Below, one piece after another: positions 37,835 through 48,627 of a stretch of DNA of 64,000 nucleotides (positions are counted from its first letter, which is position 1; every line of letters starts with the position of its first letter). Source of the stretch: an uncultured Thermoleophilia bacterium (lineage in GTDB: Bacteria > Actinomycetota > Thermoleophilia > UBA2241); contig CAVPCT010000001.1 of NCBI GenBank assembly GCA_963702475.1, positions 200,545 to 264,544 of the forward strand. The letters run 5' to 3'. Position numbers and translations under genes: made by a program. The notes under the pieces were generated by a model that was not told where the DNA came from, made no database searches, and saw only the letters and a program-made list of their open reading frames with translations.

Positions 37835-38329
37835 GTGGCGCTCGAGGTCGGCAGCAACCCCATGAGCATGGACGCCATCGCGGAGACGCTGGCGGCCGAC
37901 TTCGGCGGCGATGTCGGCGACGTGCACGTGCAGGAGCCCGACACCATCGTGGCGCGCTGCGACCGTGCCGTGCTCAAGTCGGTGGCACGGCGTCTCAAGG
38001 AGCACCCGCTGATCGGCTATCAGACGCTCAACTTCATCGCCGGTGTCGACCGCATGAAGCACTTCGACAGCGTGTACCACGTGTACTCGTGGAAGACCAA
38101 CACGTGGCTGCAGCTCAGCGTCGAGGTCCCGTTCGGCACGCCCGAGGTCGACACCGTCACCGACGTGTGGCCGGCCGCCGACTGGCACGAGCGCGAGGCG
38201 TGGGACATGGTCGGCATCGTCTATGTCGGCCACCCCGACCTGCGCCGCATCCTGCTCAAGGACGACTTCGTCGGGCACCCGTTGCGCAAGGACTACATCG
38301 ACAGCGCGGAGAACCACCCGCATGTTTGA
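37835..38329 (+). CDS. nuoC: NADH-quinone oxidoreductase subunit C
   Basis: [16 protein letters not shown]...[18 protein letters not shown]. Confidence 0.95.
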   Translation: MALEVGSNPMSMDAIAETLAADFGGDVGDVHVQEPDTIVARCDRAVLKSVARRLKEHPLIGYQTLNFIAGVDRMKHFDSVYHVYSWKTNTWLQLSVEVPFGTPEVDTVTDVWPAADWHEREAWDMVGIVYVGHPDLRRILLKDDFVGHPLRKDYIDSAENHPHV

Positions 38330-39538
38330 CCAGTTCGCCACCGTCGAGCCGGACGAGGCCGTCAAGCTCGCGCTGCGACGCCTCGACGAAGCGAACGCGC
38401 GCGGCGAGGGATCGAACCTGGAGGGCATCGCCCTCGACGAGGTGGTCGTCAACATGGGCCCGCAGCACCCCTCCACGCACGGCGTGCTGCGTCTCGTGTG
38501 CACCCTCGACGGCGAGCTCATCAAGGATGTCATCCCGGTGATCGGCTACCTGCATCGCTGCAAGGAGAAGCTCGCCGAGAAGCGCACGTACTACCAGTAC
38601 ATCCCCATCGTCGACCGCACCGAGTACCTCGCCAGCATCAACTGCGAGTGGGGCTACGTGCTGGCGGTCGAGAAGCTCATGGGCATCACGCCGCCGCGGC
38701 GGGTGGAGTTCATCCGCGTCATCAGCGGCGAGCTCATGCGCATCGCCAGCCACCTCGTGGCCGTCGGCACGTTCGTGGCCGACCTCTCGCCGCTGGGCAC
38801 CGCCATGGGCTTCTACACGTTCCGCGACCGCGAGATCGTCCTCGACCTGCTCGAGTCGCTCACGGGCGCGCGCATGATGTTCAACTACTTCCGTTTCGGC
38901 GGGTGTGCGCTACGACCTGCCCGACGGCTGGATAGAGCAGTGCCGCGACTTCCTGAAGAAGATGCCGAAGCTCATTGACGAGTACGAGGCGCTGTGCAGC
39001 GACAACGCCATCTTCTTGCAGCGCACCATGGGCAAGGGCGTGATCACGCAGCAGGACGTCATGGACTACGGCATCACGGGCCCCAACGCGCGCGCCTCGG
39101 GCGTCGCCCTCGACCTGCGCCGCGCCAAGCCGTACTCGGTCTATCCGGAGCTCGACTTCGAGCTGTGCGTGGAGAGCCACGGCGACGTGTACGACCGGTA
39201 CCTCGTGCGCATCCGCGAGATGCGCGAGTGCGTCAAGATCGTGGAGCAGTGCCTCGACATGCTGCCCGAAGGGCCCCGTCCAGCTCGGCTCGCTGCGCGC
39301 CCCCTACGTCATCACGCCGCCGCCGGGCGCCGTGTACGTGGGCCAGGAGAACCCGCGCGGCGAGTACGGCACCTACATCGAGAGCGACGGCTCGCGGTAC
39401 CCGTACCGTCTCAAGTTCCGCGACCCCTGCTTCTGCAACCTGCAGCTCTTCCCCAAGCTGCTCACCGGCATCAAGATCGCCGACGCCATCGCCGTGTCCG
39501 GGAGCATCGACCTCGTGCTCGGAGGCATCGACCGATGA
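38322..39538 (+). CDS. nuoD: NADH-quinone oxidoreductase subunit D (frameshifts near 38905 and 39270-39300, probably assembly indels)
   Basis: [25 protein letters not shown]...DLR, ENPRGE, D.VLGGIDR across three frames; no NiFe CxxC motifs. Confidence 0.92.
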
Positions 39539-40657
39539 TCGACGTCATCCTCGCGATCCTCCGCGCGATCCTGTTCGTCGTGATCGCCTACTCGGTGCTC
39601 ATGGTCGCGGCGCTCGTCAACATCCTGCTGGAGCGCCGCGCCCTGGCCTTCATGCAGGACCGCCTCGGTCCCAACCGCACCGGCTGGCAGGGCACGCTGC
39701 AGAGCGTCGCCGACGCCTTCAAGATGATGGGCAAGGAGGACTTCCGCCCGGCCCTGGCCGACCCCTTCCTGTTCACCCTCGCGCCGATCATCGTCATGAT
39801 CGGCGCCGTCGGTGTGCAGCTCGCGCTGCCGTACACCAACGGCCTCACCGGCGCGAGCCTCGACGTCGGCATCATCTTCATCGTCGCCATCACCGGATTC
39901 ACGACGCTGGCCATCCTCATCGGAGGCTGGTCGTCACGCAACAAGTTCTCCCTCGTCGGCGCCCTGCGCGCCGCCGCGCAGATGGTCTCGGTACGAGATC
40001 CCCATGATCCTGGGCCTGCTCGTCGTGGCCATGGTCGTCGGCTCGCTCAATCTGAACGCGGTCGTGGCGGCGCAGGCGGACTACCAGTGGATCGCCTTCT
40101 ACGCGCCGTTCACCTTCTTCATCTTCTACGTCGCCTCCATCGCGGAGCTGAACCGCGGCCCGTTCGACCTTCCCGAAGGCGAGTCGGAGCTCGTGGCCGG
40201 CTACGTCACCGAGTACTCGGGCATGCGCTTCGGCATGTTCTACCTCAATGAGTACGGCGGCCTCACCATCATGTCCATGGTCGCCGTCACGCTGTTCTTC
40301 GGCGGGTGGCAGGGCCCCTATTCCGACGCCATCGTGTTCTGGAACGTGTCCTGGCTCGGCATCGTGTACTTCCTCATCAAGACGTACATCCTGGTGTTCG
40401 CCCTCATCTGGATACGCCTGTCGCTGCCGCGACTGCAGGTCGACCAGCTCATGGCGTTCGCCTGGAAGATCCTCATCCCGCTGGGGCTCGTCAACATCCT
40501 CTGCACGGCCGCCATCATGCTGTGGGCGCCGCAGTGGAAGCTGGCCATGGCCGCCTTCAGCTGGGTCGCCCTGATCGCCTTCGCCGGCCTGTTCGACCCC
40601 ATCCTCAAACGGCGCCTGCGCAAGCAGCGTGAGCGCCAGCCGGTGGTGAACGTCTGA
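39535..40657 (+). CDS. nuoH: NADH-quinone oxidoreductase subunit H (frameshift near 39990)
   Basis: ERR..A.MQDRLGPNR, AD..K...KE, GALRAAAQMVS/YE, AE.NR.PFDLPEGESELVAG, W.R...PR...DQ. Confidence 0.93.
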
Positions 40658-41418
40658 TGCTCGGCATGCTGAAGGCCATGCGCACCACGATCGGCCACCT
40701 TCCCAAACGCAAGATCACGGTGCAGTACCCGGAGCAGCGCGAGCAGCTCCCGGAGCGCAGCCGCGGCCTGTTCCGCGTGGTCGTCGATCCGGTGACGGGA
40801 GACCCGCGTTGCCGCTCCTGCACGCTCTGCGAGAGCAACTGCCCGGTGCAGGTCATCCGCGTGAACCACACCAGCAGGTACAACGTGCCTGTGCCCAACA
40901 CGGCGCGCATCGCGCAGGTGCGCGTGGAGGCCCAGGCCGACGTGGACATCAAGGCGCTGCAGCCGGTGCTGGACGACTACTACGAGCACGGCACCGGCCT
41001 CATCGCCCTGCTGCAGAACGCGCAGGCGGTGTACGGTTACCTGCCGCGCCTGGTCATCCAGGAGATCTCGCTGCAGACCGGCATCTCCCTCAGCCAGATC
41101 TACGGTGTGTCGAGCTTCTACAACCAGTTCCGCCTCTCGCCCGTGGGCGAGCACATCATCGACGTGTGCCACGGCACGGCCTGCCACGTGGCGGGGGCCG
41201 TGCAGATCACCGAGGCGCTGGAGGAGGAGCTCGGGATCCCCGACGGCAAGACCACCAAGGACATGAAGTTCACGCTGTCGTCCGTGGCCTGCATGGGGGC
41301 CTGTTCGCAGGCTCCCGTGATGCGCATCGGCGACAAGACCTACGGCGGCCTCACCCCTGACAAGACGCGCACCATCATCCGCGACCTCATGGCCGAACTG
41401 GGCGCGGAGAAGGGGTGA
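40657..41418 (+). CDS. Fusion: N-terminal half of NuoI + NuoE/HydC-like [2Fe-2S] subunit
   Basis: ITVQYPE...LPER.RG..CRSCTLCESNCP (a single ferredoxin motif), then LI.LLQ.AQ..YGYLP, GVSSFY.QF, CHGTAC, CMGAC..AP. Confidence 0.9.
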   Translation: MLGMLKAMRTTIGHLPKRKITVQYPEQREQLPERSRGLFRVVVDPVTGDPRCRSCTLCESNCPVQVIRVNHTSRYNVPVPNTARIAQVRVEAQADVDIKALQPVLDDYYEHGTGLIALLQNAQAVYGYLPRLVIQEISLQTGISLSQIYGVSSFYNQFRLSPVGEHIIDVCHGTACHVAGAVQITEALEEELGIPDGKTTKDMKFTLSSVACMGACSQAPVMRIGDKTYGGLTPDKTRTIIRDLMAELGAEKG

Positions 41419-43367
41419 CGAGAGACACCATGGCAGACGAGATCAGAGACGACGCGACCGAGGTCGCCGAGGCAGCACAGGCCGCGGCGGCGACCGCGGC
41501 GCCTGAGAACGAGGCACGCAACGTGCGCGTCGCGGCAGCGCCGGGCGGCGGCTACAAGGTCACCGTGTGCGCCGGCACCGCCTGCGTGTTCGCCGGCTCC
41601 ATGGCCGTGTTCGACGCGTTCGTGGAGGAGGTCCAGACGGCCGGCCTGGGCGACCGCGTGGAGGTCAGCATCATCGGCTGCCACGGCCTCTGCTCCATGA
41701 GCCCCGTCGTCGTGCTCAGCGACGACACGCTGTACGGGCACCTGCGTCCCCGGGACGTCGGCAAGGTCGTGCAGGAGCACCTCGTGGACGGCACGCCGGT
41801 GGAGCGCTTCCTCTACAAGGATGCGCAGACCGGCGAACGCATCCGCGACTGGCACGAGATCGGCTTCTACAAGCAGCAGACGCGCATCGCCCTGCGCGAC
41901 GTGGGCGTCATCGACCCGGAGAGCATCGACGAGTACGTCGCGCGCGGCGGCTACGAGGCCGCGCGTCTGTCGCTCTCCGAGAAGACGCCCGAGTGGATCA
42001 TCCAGCACGTCACCGACTCGGGCATCCGCGGCCGTGGCGGCGCCGGCTTCCCGACGGGCGTCAAGTGGAAGTTCGCCAACCAGTCGCAAAGCGACCAGAA
42101 GTACCTCATCTGCAACGCCGACGAGGGTGACCCCGGCGCGTTCATGGACTGCTCCATCCTCGAGGGCGACCCGCACGCCGTGCTCGAGGGCATGGTCATC
42201 GGCAGCTACGCCATCGGCGCGCACGAGGGGTACGTGTACGTGCGCGCCGAGTACCCGCTGGCCGTGAAGCGCCTCACCAAGGCGGTCGCCGACGCCGAGG
42301 CGCGCGGCTTCCTCGGCAAGGACATCTTCGGCACCGGCTGGGAGTTCGACCTGCACCTCAAGCTCGGCGCCGGCGCCTTCGTGTGCGGCGAAGAGACGGC
42401 GCTCATCGCCTCCATCGAGGGCAAGCGCGGCATGCCGCGCACGCGGCCGCCGTTCCCGGCCGTCTCCGGTCTCTGGGGCAAGCCGACGAACATCAACAAC
42501 GTCGAGACCTTCAGCAACATCCCCTGGATCATCATGCACGGTGCCGAGGCCTACGCTGCGCTCGGCGTAGAGACCAGCCGCGGCACCAAGGCCTTCAGCC
42601 TGGCCGGCAAGATCGTCAACGGTGGCCTCGCAGAGGTTCCCATGGGCTCCACCCTCCGCCACGTCATCTTCGACGTGGGCGGCGGCATCAAGGACGGCAA
42701 GGCGTTCAAGGCCGTACAGCTCGGCGGCCCCTCCGGCGGCTGCGTGCCGGCGAGCCTGCTCGACACGCCGGTCGACTACGAGAGCCTCGCCGCGACCGGC
42801 GCCATCGTCGGCTCCGGCGGCATGGTCGTGGTGGACGAGGACACCTGCATGGTCGACCTCGCGCGCTTCTTCCTCGACTTCACGCAGAAGGAGTCGTGCG
42901 GCAAGTGCGTGCCGTGCCGCCTCGGCACGAAGCGCATGCTCGAGACGCTCGACCGCATCATCGCCGGTTGTGGCAGGGACGGCGACATCGAGCTGCTCGA
43001 GGAGCTCAGCCGCTACGTCATCGAGGGCAGCCTGTGCGCGCTCGGCGGCACTGCGCCCAACCCGGTGCTCACCACCATCAAGTACTTCCGCGAGGAGTAC
43101 GAGGCGCACGTCTACGAGAAGCGCTGCCCGGCCGGCAAGTGCAAGGACCTCATCGAGTACTACATCGACGCTGAGGCCTGCACGGGCTGCATGCTCTGCG
43201 CCAAGAAGTGCCCCACCGAGTGCATCACCGGCGAGAAGAAGCAGCCGCACGTGATCGACGTGAGCGCCTGCATCAAGTGCGACACCTGTCGCCAGGTCTG
43301 CAAGTTCGACGCCGTCAAGGTCCACTCGGGCGTCGCCGAGATCGCGGCCGCGGGGCAGGGGGCGTAA
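41415..43367 (+). CDS. NuoF/HydB (BfuB/StnB)-type FMN/NADH subunit with N-terminal [2Fe-2S] and C-terminal 2x[4Fe-4S]
   Basis: CAGTAC..GCHGLC, RGRGGAGFPTG, NADEGDPGAFMD, GAGAFVCGEETAL, GGPSG, SCGKCVPCR, LCALG, H...RCPAGKC, CTGCMLCAKKCP, CIKCDTCRQVC. Confidence 0.93.
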   Translation: MTRDTMADEIRDDATEVAEAAQAAAATAAPENEARNVRVAAAPGGGYKVTVCAGTACVFAGSMAVFDAFVEEVQTAGLGDRVEVSIIGCHGLCSMSPVVVLSDDTLYGHLRPRDVGKVVQEHLVDGTPVERFLYKDAQTGERIRDWHEIGFYKQQTRIALRDVGVIDPESIDEYVARGGYEAARLSLSEKTPEWIIQHVTDSGIRGRGGAGFPTGVKWKFANQSQSDQKYLICNADEGDPGAFMDCSILEGDPHAVLEGMVIGSYAIGAHEGYVYVRAEYPLAVKRLTKAVADAEARGFLGKDIFGTGWEFDLHLKLGAGAFVCGEETALIASIEGKRGMPRTRPPFPAVSGLWGKPTNINNVETFSNIPWIIMHGAEAYAALGVETSRGTKAFSLAGKIVNGGLAEVPMGSTLRHVIFDVGGGIKDGKAFKAVQLGGPSGGCVPASLLDTPVDYESLAATGAIVGSGGMVVVDEDTCMVDLARFFLDFTQKESCGKCVPCRLGTKRMLETLDRIIAGCGRDGDIELLEELSRYVIEGSLCALGGTAPNPVLTTIKYFREEYEAHVYEKRCPAGKCKDLIEYYIDAEACTGCMLCAKKCPTECITGEKKQPHVIDVSACIKCDTCRQVCKFDAVKVHSGVAEIAAAGQGA

Positions 43368-43375
43368 GAGGAGTC

Positions 43376-45854
43376 ATGGCGACGACGGTCGAGAACATCC
43401 CGCAGGCCGAGGTCCGCACCGGACCAGGTGCTCGTCACCATCGACGGGCAGGAGGTGGCGTGCGAGCGCGGCGAGACCATCCTGGAGGCCGCTCGCCGCG
43501 TCGGCATCAGCATCCCGACGCTGTGCTACGAGCCGCGGCTGCCGGCCACCGCCGCCTGCCGCATGTGCATCGTCGAGGTCGAGGGCGCGCGCAAGATGGT
43601 GCCCAGCTGCTCCGCCGCCGTCGCCGACGGCATGGTGGTGCGCACCGACACCGAGAAGATCCGCGCCATGCGGCACCTGTATCTGGAGCTGCTGCTGAGC
43701 GACCACAACTCGTTCTGCACGCCGCCCTGCCGCGACGCCTGCCCCACGCACATCAAGATCCCGCAGTTCCTCGACTACATCTCGCAGCGCGACTACAAGA
43801 ACGGCGTGCGCAAGCTGCGCGAGGACCTGCCCTTCCCGGGCGTGCTCGGCCGCGTGTGCCCGCGCCCCTGTGAGGGCCCGTGCCGCCGCCAGCTCGTGGA
43901 GGAGCCCATCACCATCTGCCAGCTCCACCGCTTCATGGCCGACGAGACCAGGGACGAGGAGCAGGAGGGCGAGCTGCTGCTGCCGGTCGAGCCCAAGGCC
44001 GACACCGGCAAGCGCATCGCCGTGGTCGGCGGCGGCCCCGCCGGCATGGCCGCCGCGTTCTACGCGCGGCTCGAGGGCCACTCCGTGAAGATCTTCGAGG
44101 CGCTGCCCAAGATCGGCGGCATGCTGCGCTACGGCATCCCCAGCTACCGGATGCCGCGCGACGTCCTGGACGCCGAGACCAACATCCTCTGGCGGCTGGG
44201 CGTGGAGCTCCAGGTCGACAGCCGCCTGGGTGTGGACTACCAGATCGAGGACCTCTTCGCGCAGGGTTTCGACGCGGTGTTCCTGGCGCTCGGGGCCTTC
44301 AACTCCAACGACATGGGCGTCCCCGGCGAGGACGCCCAGGGCGTCGTCACCGCCGTGGACTTCCTCGGCGAGCTCGAGCTCACGGGCGACGTGCACGTGG
44401 GCCGCAAGGTCACCGTGATCGGCGGCGGCTTCACCGCCATGGACGCCTGCCGCACCAGCATCCGCAAGGGCGCCGCCCAGGTCACCTGCCTCTACCGCCG
44501 CTCGCGCAAGGAGATGCCCGCCCATCACACCGAGGTCGACGAGGCCGAGGAGGAGGGCGTCAAGCTCGAGCTGCTCTGCGCGCCGGTGCGCGTGGTGACC
44601 GATGCGGACCACAAGGTCACCGGCATCGAGATGCAGCGCATGGAGCTCGGCGAGCCCGACGCCTCCGGCCGCCGGCGCCCGGTCCCCGTGGAGGGCAGCG
44701 AGTTCATCATCGAGTGCGACCAGATCATCACCGCCATCGGCCAGTTCCCCAAGCTGGACGGCACCAGCGAGGAACAGGGCGTCAAGCGCACCAAGTGGCG
44801 CACCATCGAGGTGGACGACTGGACCTTCCAGACGGAGGATCCGCGCGTGTTCGCCGGAGGCGACGTCGTGCTCGGCGCGCAGACGGTCATCCAGGCCATC
44901 GCCCAGGGCAAGAAGGCCGCGTGGAGCATGGACGCGTACCTGCGCGGCCTCGACATGCACGAGGTCTCGGAGTCACTCGGCGAGCTGCGCCGCACGCCGT
45001 TCTTCGACGCGCTCTCCGTGAAGGCCGGCATGGACCCGGCCGTCGCGCGCATGGCCGAGGTGCCGCCCACGTTCATCGACATGACCACCGACATCACGCG
45101 CCCCAGCCCGCCGGCCGGGATGCCCAAGCTCGGGCCCGACGAGCGCAAGACCAACTTCAAGCAGATCGAGCTGGGCTTCCCCGAGGAGGAGGCCGTGCGC
45201 GGCGCCGAGCTGTGCCTGCAGTGCTACTGCCCGGCCAGCGGCACCTGCGACCTGCAGAAGTACTCCATCGAGTACGAGGTCTTCAAGAACCGCTTCCACG
45301 GCGGCGAGGCGCACGACTACCCGGCCGACTTCCGTCACGACTTCATCATGCGCGAACCCAACCGCTGCATCAGCTGCGGGCGCTGCGTGCGCGTGTGCCG
45401 CATGGAGGTCGGCTCGAGCTGCTACGACAACATGGGCCGCGGCTTCGACTCCATCGTCTCCACCGCCGACAACCTGCCCTTGCAGCTCGTCGGCTGCGTG
45501 AGCTGCGGCAAGTGCGCGGAGACGTGCCCCACCGGCTCCATCGAGACCAATCCGCGGCGTCTGGAGAGCTACGACCTCGACGAGAGCCGCTGCATCTTCT
45601 GCGGGGAGTGCGTGGAGGTCTGCCCCTACAACGCGCTCGAACAGACCGACTTCTTCGAGCTCGCCGACTACAGCCGCACCAAGCTGGCCACGCAGTCGCT
45701 GTACGTGCGCGAACCGCGCCCGGTCGACCCGCTGCGCGAGACGCTCAAGGACCTCGTGCCGCACGTGCTCGACGCCGAGCGCGGCGAGGGCTGGACCTGG
45801 GAGCCCATCAAGGACGACCCCATCGTGCTCGACGAGCCGGGAGGCCACCACTGA
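43376..45854 (+). CDS. StnC/SfrB-like fusion: NuoG-type [2Fe-2S] + GltD/NfnB FAD/NADPH domain + NuoG-type Fe-S domains + C-terminal half of NuoI (one extra base near 43415)
   Basis: RBS AGAGGAG-ATG 43376. IPTLC..ACRMC.VE..PSC; PCRDACP, GRVCPRPCEGPC; GGGPAG, GGMLRYGIP, GGGFTAMD, YRRS, FAGGD; CLQCYC, CDLQ; CISCGRCVRVC, CVSCGKCAETCP; YDLDESRCIFCGECVEVCP..FELADYSR. Confidence 0.9.
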
Positions 45855-46369
45855 TGCCGGGCGGCGACTTCCAGCCCTGGCTGTTCTTCATCCTGGCGGC
45901 GTGGATCCTCATCTGCGCCCTCGGCGTGGTGGTCTTCAAGAAGGTCATGTACTCGGCCGTGGCCATGGTCTTCTGCTTCCTGGGCGTCGCCTTCGCCTAC
46001 GCGCTGCTGGCCGCCTCGCTGGTCGCGATCATCCAGCTTCTGGTGTACGTGGGCGCCATCTCCGTCGTGATCATCTTCGCGATCATGCTCACCGAGGTGC
46101 AGTCCGGCGGCTTCGACCTCTTCTTCAACCGCCAGACGGCCATCGCCGCGCCGCTGGCCATCGTCGCGGCCGGCGTGGTCATCGCCGTCCTCGCCGGCTC
46201 CACGATCGGCGGCGTCGGCGAGAAGGCGCTCAACCCGGGCGTGCGCGGCGTCTCGCACATCCTGTTCGCCGCGTACGTGTTCCCGTTCGAGCTGGTCTCG
46301 CTGGTGCTGGTCGCCGCGATGATCGGCGCGATCGTGCTGGCGCGCCGTGAAGAGGAGAAGAAGTCGTGA
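45854..46369 (+). CDS. nuoJ: NADH-quinone oxidoreductase subunit J
   Basis: QLLVYVGAISV..IFAIML, Y.FPFELVSL.LVAAMIGAIVL. Confidence 0.94.
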   Translation: MPGGDFQPWLFFILAAWILICALGVVVFKKVMYSAVAMVFCFLGVAFAYALLAASLVAIIQLLVYVGAISVVIIFAIMLTEVQSGGFDLFFNRQTAIAAPLAIVAAGVVIAVLAGSTIGGVGEKALNPGVRGVSHILFAAYVFPFELVSLVLVAAMIGAIVLARREEEKKS

Positions 46370-46674
46370 ACCCTCTCTACTGGTGGCTCACGCTCTCGGT
46401 GTGTCTCTTCTGCATCGGCGCGTTCGGCGTGCTCGCGCGCCGTAACGTCATCGTGGTGGTCATGTGCCTGGAGCTCATGCTCAACGCCGTGAACATCGCC
46501 CTGGTGGCGACCAGCAACTTCCGCAGCGGCGCCCAGGGTGCCGGCCAGCTGTTCGCGTTGTTCATCATCGTGCTGGCCGCCGCCGAGGTCACCGTGGGTC
46601 TCGCCATCGTCATCGCCAACTACCGCAACCGTCGCACGGTCCAGACCGACCGGTTCGACGAGCTCAAAGGCTGA
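46366..46674 (+). CDS. nuoK: NADH-quinone oxidoreductase subunit K
   Basis: RRN.I...MCLELMLNA.N, AAAEV.VGLAI. Confidence 0.95.
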   Translation: MNPLYWWLTLSVCLFCIGAFGVLARRNVIVVVMCLELMLNAVNIALVATSNFRSGAQGAGQLFALFIIVLAAAEVTVGLAIVIANYRNRRTVQTDRFDELKG

Positions 46675-46685
46675 TTGGAGCGTCC

Positions 46686-48626
46686 GTGGAAGCAGAAGCC
46701 ACCACGCACATCATCACGGAGGGCCCGCAGTTCCTGCGGGTCGCGGTGGCCCTCATCGTGCTTCTGCCGCTCCTGGGCTTCATCGTGACGCTCGTCTTCG
46801 GCAAGCGTTGGGGATCCAAGGCGCATATCCTGCCGGTCGCCATGGTGACCGCCACGGCCGTCCTCAGCATCTACGCCTTCGAGTGGGTGTTCCGGCACTC
46901 CGAGGAGACGTTCGTATGGAACGCCTTCACCTGGATCGCGGCCGGGCGCTTCGAGATCGCCTGGGGCTTCCAGGTGGACTCGCTCACCGGCGTCATGCTG
47001 CTGGTGGTCGGTATCATCGGCATGCTCGTGCACTACTACTCCATCGGGTACATGCACGGCGACGAGGGCTACTACCGGTTCTTCGCCTACCTCAATCTCT
47101 TCATGTTCGCGATGTTCGTGCTCATCCTCGCGAACAACTACGTGCTGCTCTTCCTCGGCTGGGAGGGCGTCGGTCTCTGCTCCTACCTGCTGATCTCTTT
47201 CTGGTTCGCCAAGAAGAGCGCCAGCCAGGCGGGCAAGAAGGCGTTCCTCGTGAACCGCGTGGGCGACTTCGGGTTCACGCTCGGCATGTTCCTCATCTTC
47301 ACCGCGACCGGCACCCTGCAGTTCACGGGCGTGTTCGAGAAGGCGCCGGAGATCGCGCAGGGTACCCTCCTGTGGATCTGCCTGCTGCTGTTCACCGGCG
47401 CCGTCGGCAAGAGCGCGCAGTTCCCGCTGCACGTGTGGCTGCCGGATGCCATGGAGGGCCCCACCCCGGTCAGCGCCCTGATCCACGCCGCCACCATGGT
47501 CAACGCCGGCGTGTACATGGTCGCGCGCTCGTATCCGCTCTTTCTGGAGACGCACACGGCGATGCTGGTGGTGATGGGCATCGGCGCCTTCACGGCGATC
47601 TACGCGGCGTACATCGCCATCACGCAGAACGACATCAAGAAGGTCATCGCCTACTCCACGCTGTCGTCGCTGGGCTTCATGTTCCTGGCCCTTGGGGCCG
47701 GCGCCTGGGTGGCCGGCATCTTCTACCTGTTCGCACACGGCTTCTTCAAGGGCCTCATGTTCCTCTGTTCGGGCTCGGTGATCCACGCCATGGGCGGCGA
47801 GCAGGACATGCGCAAGATGGGCGGGCTGCGCAAGAAGATCCCCATCACCTTCTGGACCATGCTCATCGGCGCCCTGGCCATGGTCGGCATCATCCCGTTC
47901 GCCGGGTTCTGGGCGAAGGACGAGATCATCGGCGCCGCCTGGGTGCACGGGTACTACGTGGTGTGGGCGGTGGCCATGGTCACCGTGGTGCTCACCGGCA
48001 TCTACGTGTTCCGCCTCATCTTCATGACCTTCTGGGGCGAGAGCCGTGCCGACGCCGAGGTGCAGCACCACATCCACGAGTCGCCGCCGGTCATGACCGT
48101 ACCGCTCATCCTCCTCGCCATCCCGGCTGTGGGCCTGGGTCTCCTGGTCGGCCTTCCGCCGGAGGGAGGCTGGCTGCACTCCTTCCTCGAGCCCGTCTTC
48201 TTCGAGACCGAGCACGAGGTGTTCACGTGGATCGGCGAGGGCGGCGCGCTCATGGGCGTCTCGCTGCTCGCCGCCCTGGCCGGCATCTACGTCGCGTGGC
48301 GCTACTACGTGCGCGACACCGCCGCCCCGGCGCGCATCGCGGGGCGCGTGCCGATCCTGTACAAGGCCAGCTTCAACAAGATGTACATGGACGAGATCTA
48401 CGAGGTCGCGCCCATCCGCGCCACCATCGGCGCCTCCGTGTGGCTGTGGCAGGTCGTGGACGCCAGGATCATCGACGGCGCCGTGAACGGCGTTGGCAAG
48501 GTCTGGGGATGGGTCGGCACCGGTCTGCGCCCCATCCAGACCGGCCGCGTGCAGAACTACGCGATGTACGTGTTCGCCGGCATGATCGCGCTGGTCGTCG
48601 TCCTCGCCTGGATCTGGGGGGCGTGA
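46686..48626 (+). CDS. nuoL: NADH-quinone oxidoreductase subunit L
   Basis: GWEGVGLCSYLL, NRVGD, GKSAQFPLHVWLPDAMEGPTPVSALIHAATMV, HGFFK, QDMRKMGGL, QTGRVQNY. Confidence 0.96.
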   Translation: MEAEATTHIITEGPQFLRVAVALIVLLPLLGFIVTLVFGKRWGSKAHILPVAMVTATAVLSIYAFEWVFRHSEETFVWNAFTWIAAGRFEIAWGFQVDSLTGVMLLVVGIIGMLVHYYSIGYMHGDEGYYRFFAYLNLFMFAMFVLILANNYVLLFLGWEGVGLCSYLLISFWFAKKSASQAGKKAFLVNRVGDFGFTLGMFLIFTATGTLQFTGVFEKAPEIAQGTLLWICLLLFTGAVGKSAQFPLHVWLPDAMEGPTPVSALIHAATMVNAGVYMVARSYPLFLETHTAMLVVMGIGAFTAIYAAYIAITQNDIKKVIAYSTLSSLGFMFLALGAGAWVAGIFYLFAHGFFKGLMFLCSGSVIHAMGGEQDMRKMGGLRKKIPITFWTMLIGALAMVGIIPFAGFWAKDEIIGAAWVHGYYVVWAVAMVTVVLTGIYVFRLIFMTFWGESRADAEVQHHIHESPPVMTVPLILLAIPAVGLGLLVGLPPEGGWLHSFLEPVFFETEHEVFTWIGEGGALMGVSLLAALAGIYVAWRYYVRDTAAPARIAGRVPILYKASFNKMYMDEIYEVAPIRATIGASVWLWQVVDARIIDGAVNGVGKVWGWVGTGLRPIQTGRVQNYAMYVFAGMIALVVVLAWIWGA

Positions 48627-48627
48627 C

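Noticed and set aside
38322-39538. NuoD as a group-4 [NiFe]-hydrogenase large subunit
   Set aside because: No N- or C-terminal CxxC Ni ligands; it has the quinone-type HPSTHG motif, and NuoB has the tandem CC motif.
38880-43430. Frameshifts in nuoD, nuoH and the StnC-like gene as pseudogenisation or programmed frameshifting
   Set aside because: They are single-base indels at short G/C runs in otherwise conserved genes, with no slippery-site pattern, which best fits long-read consensus errors. Reads are needed to confirm.
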